From: Pelomyxa schiedti
Lineage: Eukaryota > Protista > Evosea
DNA length: 64,000 nucleotides
Direction: 5' to 3'
Assembly: GCA_020536535.1 (NCBI GenBank)
Contig: JAHLWZ010000016.1
Coordinates: 226,925 to 290,924 of the forward strand
Part shown: positions 55,296 through 64,000 of the stretch, piece after piece
Numbering within the stretch: position 1 is the first letter of the stretch
Layout of the letters: every line of letters begins with the position of its first letter
The notes under the pieces: model-generated
Seen by the model: only the letters and a program-made list of their open reading frames with translations
Told to the model about the DNA's origin: nothing
Database searches by the model: none
Made by a program: the position numbers and the translations under genes

Positions 55296-55382
55296 GTTGC
55301 TTCAAGCAAAAAACCACACAAAGGGAACAAAAATATAGTTTTGTATTTATCCCATAGCAACACAACTTCAAACAAAGGTTCC

Positions 55383-56435
55383 TTAGTCATAGTGTTGTCT
55401 CAGGTGCATTTCTTCAGAGGATTTCCAATAGCCATGAGGGGCATCAGTTCTCCAGGAGCTTTGACCAAACTTCTTCACTTTCTGTGAAACGTTAAATATT
55501 GGTGAAGATGCATTTTTAGTTTTTGTAGTATTGGATTGTTGTGTGGAGAATGTAGTGAATTGGGCAGTGACTAACCCTTTTCTCGCGCTGCTGTGAAGTT
55601 TCGCGTGATGCCTTCTCTCTTTGCTCGTATATATCAAACAATTTCCTTTCGGCGGCAAGGTCTTTCTCCAAGGATAACTGGGTGCCATTTGGGTTAGAGG
55701 AAGATGCGCAGTAGAAAGAGTACATACCCTTTCAGCAAGTTGGGGAGTGATTGGGTCCGGTTTGACCTCAACTTCCTCCGGTGGGGGAGCTTCCATGGGC
55801 TTGATTTCAACAGGTGCTTCATTCTTAGCCTTCAAAAATGACGGAAGAGCCTTGCTCTCAAACCCCAGCAACGGTGGTGGCAAATTCTTTTAATATATGT
55901 ATATATCAAGAGAGGGTAGAAAGTATATTGTGGAAAAATAATGTCAGTACCAGGCATCCAGAATTAAAAGATATAAACACAGAGAGAAGGAGGTGGAGTT
56001 ATCAACACACACGACTTTCCTCTTCTTAGCAGCCATCAATGCAGCCGCGGCAGACACACTTTGTTGTTGTTGATGATGATTTGGTTGCTCGGAATCATCT
56101 TTGTCTCGCTTCATTGGCAGTTGCACCACGTCATCCTCGCCCTTGGTCACACTCGTATTCACATTCGCAGGTGGGGAGGGTGTGTCCTGTGTTTTGCCTT
56201 GTGTAGTAGCAGTGGTTGTGGTTGTGGTTGGGGATGGTGATGTGTCGGGGGCGCTCGGTGTACGAGTGCCACTCGTAGTCGTTGGTTTGTTTGTTGTTGT
56301 TGTTGTTGCTACTGCTGGGGCAGAAGCTGCTGGTGAGTCTGAATTGTGGGACGTTGTGGTGGCATCGGGAGCATCGCTTTCGGCGCCACTGTTGCCGCCT
56401 TCGTCGTCCGATGAACCGTACCCCACAAGTGACAT
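55383..56435 (-). CDS. Conserved-type hypothetical nuclear protein
   Basis: Starts MSLVGYGSSDDE; ends GQSSW...WKSSEEMHLRQHYD-stop; introns join the ORFs. Confidence 0.6.
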
Positions 56436-56524
56436 GTTGTCCGGGCTTTAATGTCTCCCTCGGCTGGAAGCCCAAAACGGAAAAAGAAAAGGGTCAATAG
56501 AAAAAAAAGCCCAGGCAGACGAAG

Positions 56525-58851
56525 ATGTGGGTGTTGAAGGGTAACGGAGCAAACAACAAGGACAAGCGGTACTGCCTCCTCGGTGGCATGGACTACACTC
56601 TAGGCAGAATAAGTACACACGTTTTTCTTTTTTTTTTTTTTTTTCTACCGTTTATGTGTGGATTAGACTGTGACATTATGCTGGAGGATAGATCTGTTTC
56701 CAGGGTACACGCAGAAATAAGGGTACCCCCTTGCCCTAAGGAAAAGCAAAGCGACCCAAATATCAAGCCTGAACTCATGCTTTTTGACAAGTGGGTACCC
56801 CCAAAAACACCTTAAAAATATCCTTGATAATTGAATAAATACCAGGTCACTCATTATCCCTCCTGTTTGCAGGTCCAAGTTTGGAACTTTTCGAGTTACT
56901 TCTTCTGGTGACATAAGAGTGACCCCCAATCAAAGCACCACTGTTCGTGATGGCGAGGTTATTAAATTTGGATTGGCTGGTTTGGTGTTCTTGGTGTGTT
57001 GGGAGGGTGCATACATGTGCTTCTCAGGGCCTGTACACCTGGACCATGTTCCCACAGAAAAAATTGGTACTACTCTGGCACCTGTCGGCCTTCTCACACT
57101 ATTTTACAAGGCTATATTGTGGTAAGTCCAGAGCATGCGACACATCTGATTACCCAGGAGCTTTCGCTGACTCCCAAGACAGTTATTGGTTGGCCAACCT
57201 CATAACAACGCAATAAATAAATCACTGTGTTAACAAGTTCAAGGAATTGGTCGCGCAATTCCTCTTGTGACGCCGGAGTGGATTTCTTCAGCAAACCAGA
57301 AGAAAATCACTCTTGAAAACGGCCTACCTGACTGTCATTCGTATGTAACAGCTGATAGATGATATCATTTCTTTGGCAAAGGATCCAACCAATTGTTTGA
57401 ACAGGTTTCTCCCACCAATAGCTTCTGATTACGTGGAAGCCCTTCAGACTTTTAATCTGCACCCAGTTGCGCAAAGAAAAACCCTTTTCTCTGACATGAA
57501 TTTTGTCTTCCTTGACCATTCACAAGTAAAGTGGTAATCCGATCACAGTGCTTTCACTGCCTTAAATCCTTTTTTAAGTATCAGCTATTATCTGGAATGG
57601 TAGCTTGCTGTAATGGTCATAATTGGACGTGGTTCACCTCTCCTGATCCACCAGAAAATTTGGATCAGTGCAAAAAGATTTTTGCTGTTTCTCCAGCACC
57701 CGAAAATATCAGTCCCCAAACAGAGAGAAAGCTCCATACGGTATTCTCCATACAGAAAACCTTCCTTGTTAATCCTTCTTAGCTGAAATCCGAACTGAAT
57801 GCTACAATAATCCCAGAAGACCAAATAGCGATGTGTATTTTGATGGTTTCTGTCTCTCCTTTGTCACCTGCTCTTTGTAAGGAAAAACTTCTTACCTTCG
57901 CCCTAGTAATCATGTTCCAGCAGCCTCCTCAGGGGGTAACGAAGGTTCCGAAAGTCCAACTGCAACAGTTCCAAAGCAACAACCTTTACCTGCCACTCCT
58001 GTTACCAAGTACTCTTCCAACTCTACTCAAGCCAAGAGTGCAACGTCGACAGTCAAAAAAACGTCCCCAAAGCCAGCAGAGAATGCAAAGACAACCAGCA
58101 GTGCAGCTAACGAATTCAAGCGTCCCACGACCCCACCTTCAGTCCCTGCAGAGCCAATCCCTTCACATGCAAGACAGTCCCAACATACTCCCCCCAGTGT
58201 CAGCAAGGCTACTCCTGGTTCTGGGCCAAAAGTCTCACCGACTCGACAGACCGAACAACAACCCGCAGAGTTCAAACCAGACGACGACACAACGAAACGC
58301 AGAGAATCAAGAATACCGTCCAATTCCCCAACAAAAGCAGGTGCTGATGATGCAGAAGCACCTGAACTATCGGCATCAGAGTCTCCAAAGAAAGAAAAAA
58401 GGGAAAGTCTCATGCAAGTGACTACTCAACCCCTGATGCGCGAACCAGTAGCAAAGCAATTCAGGAAGGTTCGGTTCAGCACTTATCTCCTAACCTGCCC
58501 TAACAACAAAAACAGTCCTCGTGCACGCCCGAAAAAAGAAGGACAGTCATGCTGCGGCCCAAAGACACCGACCCTTTTTCCGCGTCTTCTACACAACAAC
58601 AGAACGACGCCGCTGACTCTCCACACCCACCCCATTCCCATTCCCACCCCCATCCGCACCCTCACACCCATTCTCACTCAGCCACAACAACAACAGCACC
58701 AAGCCGCAACAAGCCACGCACTGGCACTGACCACGTGCACTCACCCAAGGACGACAGTGATGAGGAGCTTCCTGTCATTCCTCCTCGATTCACATCACCC
58801 CCATCCACCTCACCTCGTGAGCCAACCACAAAGAAGTCTCGTCGTTCGTGA
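56525..58851 (+). CDS. NBN: Nibrin/NBS1-like (FHA + BRCT-like + disordered tail)
   Basis: MWVL..., YTLGR..CDIMLEDRSVSRVHAEI, DKSKFGTF, VRDGEVIKFG, BRCT-like ATHLI...LVTPEWI, RKTLFSDMNFVF, KQFRK resembling the Mre11-binding motif. Confidence 0.75.
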
Positions 58852-59034
58852 GTCCTCGTTATCTAAGTTTCAGCGAAAATCCAAAAAATATTTTTTCCGC
58901 TGTACCGCACCCAGCAGACATTCTAAATAACGTACGCCAGTGGACTTAAGGGGTGCTTGGTGGATCACGTAACATCTCCTGTGGCTTGGTGGATCCTCCC
59001 CCGGATCCCTCTCACAACTCTTGAGGGATATGAC

Positions 59035-59156
59035 AACAACAAGGATCCTCTTTGGCCTCGATATATATGATGCCGCAGGTCCAGCCCGGCTCGTACCAGC
59101 CACAGCACATCCACCCCGCCCCCTCCCCTCCCCAGCCCGCTGCTTGTGTCCCTCAG
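59035..59156 (-). pseudogene. Short deleted relic of the 59245-60687 family
   Basis: gtccagcccggctcgtac(..)cagccacagcacatccaccccgccc matches 61459-61503 and 60055-60093; acaacaaggatcctcttt matches 61177-61194. Confidence 0.65.
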
Positions 59157-59244
59157 TACTGGTTTACGGTGAGATTCCTGTCAAGTCGCCCATCTTTTTG
59201 TTTTTTTTTGCTGAATCAGGTTATTGAAGAGACGTACCTTTTCC

Positions 59245-60687
59245 TTAGTCCACAAAAAAGAAGTGTTGTTGCATGTATGGAAGCCAACTGGGAGAGCAAC
59301 TCAGGGTGAAAATAACAAAACCAGAACGAGCATCAACCACACTCATCTTCCTGTTTTGTCCCTCACTAGCGGTGATTTGAACCAAGAAACCACACTCACC
59401 AACAACAAACGCTGTTGTATGCACAACTCTCATTGGTTTCTCAGTGTCATTGCAATCCCACAGCTCATACCGCAGCCTCTGGTATGAAATGCAGAAGAGT
59501 GAGTCACTCAAACGTGACAGTTCCCAGCAGTCTCCAGAAAGACCCTTCACTGTTCCACTGGGGCTCATATCCACAACGAATACATGAGATGGAGCTCTCA
59601 CAGCAGGTACGTGGGCCCATATTTGGATCACACAAACCTGCAAACCAGTCTTCGTGATCAGAATGAATCCGTCACGAATCTTTCCTGCCGGCAAACTTCT
59701 GGCCACAGAGCACGCCACATACAGATTCCCACTTGAGAATGTCTGTTGTGCATCCACAACAAGTAGCCTCTTTTCATGTGTCCCAAGCTCCACCAAACTT
59801 GGGCGCAACACCACCAACAGTTCATCGGGGTTTGATTTGCCCATGCCCAGAAACTCCACACTCTCTGGATTCACCGCAACAGTGACAACAACACTCCGCG
59901 GCGTGGGCAGCCCACCTGCTTGCATTTGCATTTGCACCTGCTCCCTACCCTGCTGTGATGAGGATGATGAAGATGGCACCACGAGACTCTGGACACACAG
60001 CAGCCCTCTCGACTCATCGATCCCACACCACCACCTCCTGTTGATGCTGTAGCACCAGCCCGGCTCGTACTCCAGCCGCAGCACATCCACCCCGCGGCCC
60101 CGGCTGCTGCTGACGTCCCTCAGGACAAACCCCTCGTCGCCCCGCGGGAAGACAACGTGGCGGTCGGCGTCGGCCCACCCTCGGCCGCTGGGCCGGTCCT
60201 CCTCCAGGCCGTAGGAGACCCCCCGGGGGGTGACGCTGAGGAGCAGCGGGGACACGCCCGCGTAGTGCACCAGGCTGTCGTAGGCGTCGCTGGTGCCCAT
60301 GGGGACCACGAGTCGCCTCTCGGCGGCCGCCACGCAGAAGTCCCACAGGACGCGGAGCAGGGAGGGCGTGAGGACACGCGAGGGGGGGCTCTTGGCCCCG
60401 CACCGTGGGTGCGTCGACGTGGCCAGGGCGAGGAACTGGTCGCGGGCGCGCAGGGTCACTGTGACGACTGGCAGTCGCGGTGGCCCGCAGTGGGGGGTGC
60501 GATACCTGCCCTTGGAATTGCCCGTGGGTTTTTTACTGTAAAAACCAGAACCCGAACAAAGGGGACTGTTGCCAGAGCACAGCACACCGTAGTCCACCTT
60601 GACCCAAGACAAATCCCTCGTATCTGTGGTGCTAAGCGCCGTAACCACCCAACACCACCAGGAAATAACGAATAAGTTCGAATACAT
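59245..60687 (-). CDS. Intronless member of a lineage-expanded hypothetical family (ARDQF...HPRCGA motif)
   Basis: 480-aa ORF: LRARDQFLALATSTHPRCGAKSP..VLTPSLLRVLWD, NRRWW, VVDAQQTFSSG, LSDSLFCIS, YELWDCND, ECGFL. Confidence 0.8.
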   Translation of the reverse strand: MYSNLFVISWWCWVVTALSTTDTRDLSWVKVDYGVLCSGNSPLCSGSGFYSKKPTGNSKGRYRTPHCGPPRLPVVTVTLRARDQFLALATSTHPRCGAKSPPSRVLTPSLLRVLWDFCVAAAERRLVVPMGTSDAYDSLVHYAGVSPLLLSVTPRGVSYGLEEDRPSGRGWADADRHVVFPRGDEGFVLRDVSSSRGRGVDVLRLEYEPGWCYSINRRWWCGIDESRGLLCVQSLVVPSSSSSSQQGREQVQMQMQAGGLPTPRSVVVTVAVNPESVEFLGMGKSNPDELLVVLRPSLVELGTHEKRLLVVDAQQTFSSGNLYVACSVARSLPAGKIRDGFILITKTGLQVCVIQIWAHVPAVRAPSHVFVVDMSPSGTVKGLSGDCWELSRLSDSLFCISYQRLRYELWDCNDTEKPMRVVHTTAFVVGECGFLVQITASEGQNRKMSVVDARSGFVIFTLSCSPSWLPYMQQHFFFVD

Positions 60688-60732
60688 ACGGGAAATTCGA
60701 TGTTTGAAACAACCACAAAAATTTCTAAGAGA

Positions 60733-61590
60733 TTAGAAATCGATTTCCGTGTTGCAGTGATTTTTAATTCCCTCATCATTGGTGATTTGAACCAGGAAAC
60801 CACACTCACCAACAACAAGCTCTGTTGTATGCACAACTCTCATTGGTTTCTCAGTGTCATTGCAATCCCACAGCTCATACAGCAGCTTCTCATATGAAAT
60901 GCAGAAGAGTGAGTCACTCACACGCGACAGTGTGCATCCTTCCAAGCACTGCCCACAAAGCCCCTTCACTGTGCCACTGGGTGTCATTTCCACAACGAAT
61001 ATAAGAGTTGGAGCACTGTTGGCAGGTATGTGGTGGGCCCACACTTGGATCACACAAACTTGCACGCGGTCTTTGTGATCAGAATGAAACCCTCACTAGT
61101 CCTTCCTGCAGGCAAAATTCTGGCCACGGAGCACATCACAGACAGGTGACCACTTGAGAATGTCTGTTGTGCATCCACAACAAGGATCCTCTTTTCGTGT
61201 GTGCCATATATCCCCACACCTGGTCGCAACACCACCACCAGTTCATCAGGGTCTGACTTGCCAATGCCCGGAAACTCCACACTCTCTGGATTCACTGCAA
61301 CAGTGACAACAACACTCCGCGGCGTGGGGGCTGATTGCAATTGCACCCGCCCCTGCTCCCGATCCTGCTGTGATGGTGATGATGGCACCACGAGCCTCTG
61401 AACACACAGCAGCCCTCTCGACTCATCGATTCCCCACCACCTCCCGTTGACGCGGTAAGTCCAGCCCGGCTCGTACTCCAGCCGCAGCACATCCACCCCG
61501 CCCGCTTCCCCGCCTCAGCCTGGTGTCCCTCAGGAACAACTGGACCCCTCGCAGGCGGGTGACGTGGCGGTCGGCGTCGGCCCACCAGCA
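60733..61590 (-). pseudogene. Truncated, frameshifted tandem duplicate of 59245-60687
   Basis: High nucleotide similarity to 59370-60180; 1-nt deletion near 61065 splits it into two ORFs; similarity stops after GFLVQIT and the ARDQF N-terminus is absent. Confidence 0.75.
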
Positions 61591-61810
61591 GCCCCCAGTT
61601 GCCCTTTTTTTTTCTTTACTCCACTGTGGGTGCTTCTGGAAAACATTCAAAAGAGTCCCAGTGCAATCAGAAACCAGGAGTCTCTGCTGTGCATCTTAAG
61701 ATGAGCTTGTTTCTTAGTGAAATCACTCAGAGGGGACACTTCCCCTTTGCTCGTGTCTGCCCCATATCAAATGCAAGGAAAACAACGTTTTTCTGTAGTT
61801 GGCCGTTCTC

Positions 61811-63584
61811 ATGAGTGCCACAACGGGACTGGGTGTTGTGGAGGGGGAGCGTGTCAATGAGATGACTCCAGCAGAGTACATTGGGGAATACATGTCTAGA
61901 GTGACTGGTGCAAGTGGGCCAGTCGATGAGCGCCGTCTGCGAAATTTGAGGGCGAGAGTTACGTTCCCGGATGAGAGGCAACTGGCTGCTATTGTGAGGC
62001 ACGGGCCCAAGGCTGCCGACAAGGCTTTGTCATCATCTAAGTTGGCCTTCGTGTGTGGTGAGGACTTTTTGTCTGGAACAGTTGGAAAATACCGTAAGTG
62101 TCCCTCTTTTCGTTTACTCTTTGTTGTGTCTCCTCTTCAGTGAACAGTTCGCCACATTACAGGCAATTCATGTTTCAATAGATGATGAGCAGTTAATGAC
62201 CCTTGGTTTTGAGCGCCATTGGCTGTCTTCAAGTAATAGGCTCCAATTCATTCCTATGATTGAAACCATCATAAATAAGTACTTGTTTTGACGGTGTGGA
62301 AAGCAACACCTGATACCTGTGTATTGGCCACCTGGGACAACGTTTTCAACTGGGCCATTCCCCGAGTTTGCACCCCTGGTACTTGGTGGGCCAAAAAATT
62401 TCACTTGGTAACACAATCTAGATATAGCATCAAGGGTTTTGAGATGGCGTGAGGAATTGAAGAGAGATGGCTCGAAAATGCTTCAAGAGGCCTCTGCTGC
62501 AGGCCTAGACTCCTCTCCGCTATATCTATCGGATTATATAACGTCTCCTGATACAGCGTTGAACGCTAGACGCTTTCTGGCTAGCAATGTATTATATTTA
62601 ACTCGCTTATTCTCTGGAGATGGGTACACAACAGATGCCAAGGGAGTGAAGGGATTCAAGGAATATTTGACTCCCTCCGTGCCGGTGTCATCACTATGTG
62701 AAGTCGCAGTTCTCCCTCTTGCGCCGCTCATCTTATCCAAAACACCTCAAGTTGTCCTTGAACCCTCACCCATGTCAATTCATATTACATCTCTGGCGGA
62801 TATAGCAGCCCTGACCCATCCCGAGGCTACAATCAACACAGTTCCAGTATCTGAGGTTGAGCGCCGCTGCTTGGCCCTCGAGGATCGAACTCAAGATCCT
62901 AGAACATGCCGCGCTCGTTCGTGGATTGGATTCCTTGCCCCTGGTGAAAAGTTGTCCAGCTGCCTTCATGCTGATTACGTGTTTTGCGCGTCTGTTTTGC
63001 GTAACACACACAGAGGCCTCTCCTCCTGTCTGAGAAGGCTTTTGAGAGAAGCAGAAGCCGTCCGCGCATCACAATCCAAAGGAGTAATGGCAGATATTGA
63101 ACTTACCTTCACAGCATCAGAGATATCCCACACAGCCAAGCCACAGAATCTCCAACTCATTCACCGCATGTACGCTGGCGACCAACTCCCCCCGTATTAC
63201 TCTGGATCAGATGGTGGGACATCTACACCGCACACTTCGCCTTCTTCAGTTGCCTCTTTGGAATCTGATGTGAACTGTGGATGGTCAGATGAATACGTGA
63301 TAAAGAGTATAACTTTACCACCACTGGAAATCCTCGTTGCCGGAAACTGGCGCTGTGGCTCCGTCAGTATGATAGAAAGATATGGTTTTTACCAAGGAGG
63401 GTCTGGCACCAACCCTTACCGCATAGATCCAGCCCTGTTGTTCTCAGTTCTCACCGGTCAGATCTCACACTATGCCGTTTCTGCTGCTAAGAAACACGCC
63501 TTTGCCATGCAAAGATACAACGAGATCCACGGCGTAACTGCAGATCTCGACAAAGTGACACACGCCCTCGACTCTCTCCTTTAA
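61811..63584 (+). CDS. Hypothetical protein, 3 exons
   Basis: ATG 61811, two introns, 381-aa terminal ORF with SWIGFLAPGEKL..CLHAD and IERYGFYQGG...PYRIDP. Confidence 0.65.
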
Positions 63585-63715
63585 AAAACTCAAAATGTCA
63601 AAATGCCACCAAGGCAACGTGGTGCATTCGCCTTCGTGGCAGAAGAAAAAGGTTCTCAATTCGTGAAAATCACAACACCCACAAAGTAAAGGGGAAAAAA
63701 AACCAGGTAGTGGTG

Positions 63716-63929
63716 ATGTGCCAGGCAACATCAACCGCAGAAACCCCGACGACCGGATCGCAGCCTCCGTCGGTTTCGACACACGTCGCCCCCCCGCCTT
63801 GTGTTGATTTCTCGTGCGGGGAGAGGAGTGCGCCCGAGTCGTCGGCAACCGCGTCATCGTCGTCGTGCGCTGTTACGAGTGTGGCTACAGGTGTGCCCAG
63901 TGCCAGTGAGAAACGAGGCAAGGGCGAAC
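63716..63929 (+). CDS. First exon of a gene continuing off the right edge
   Basis: A-run, then ATG MCQATSTAETPTTGSQPP..., ending at a GTAAGA donor followed by a T-rich intron. Confidence 0.55.
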
Positions 63930-63949
63930 GTAAGAATTCAATTTGCCTT

Positions 63950-63951
<2 letters not shown>

Positions 63952-64000
<49 letters not shown>
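63952..64000. repeat. Poly(T) run, probably within a first intron
   Basis: About 49 consecutive T starting 22 nt after the GTAAGA donor at 63930. Confidence 0.8.

Noticed and set aside
63952-64000. Poly(T) as retrotransposon poly(A) tail
   Set aside because: Follows a GTAAGA donor and fits the T-rich first-intron pattern; no element sequence visible in the window.

Overview
Eukaryotic, gene-dense, intron-rich DNA, not prokaryotic. About 26 protein-coding loci are packed 50-400 bp apart and split by many short (mostly ~40-55 nt) spliceosomal introns, so most ORFs in the track are exon fragments. The intronless 'ARDQFLALAT..HPRCGA.SP' family and the gene content suggest an amoebozoan, probably a Pelomyxa-like archamoeba (inference). 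Recognisable genes: PP2A scaffold subunit A, a CAP_C-like/class IV sirtuin fusion, a TMEM104-like transporter, a cullin, akirin, a Rho/Rac GTPase with no CAAX box, a five-module secreted protein, a PX + LURP-one/Tubby-C-like protein, a bacterial-type GH123/DUF4091-like glycoside hydrolase, a PH protein, an IQGAP-type RasGAP-like protein, eIF3e, TMEM151-like, a ubiquitin-like protein, a Cys-rich receptor TKL kinase, a second secreted glycoside hydrolase and NBS1-like. There is also an intact/pseudogene/relic cluster of a lineage-expanded family. No rRNA, tRNA, CRISPR array or clear transposon was seen. Best leads: the spliced CAP_C-like x2 + sirtuin fusion, the PX-LURP fusion, the non-prenylated Rho GTPase and the phase 1-1 modular secreted protein. 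Gene models were spliced by eye and are unconfirmed.
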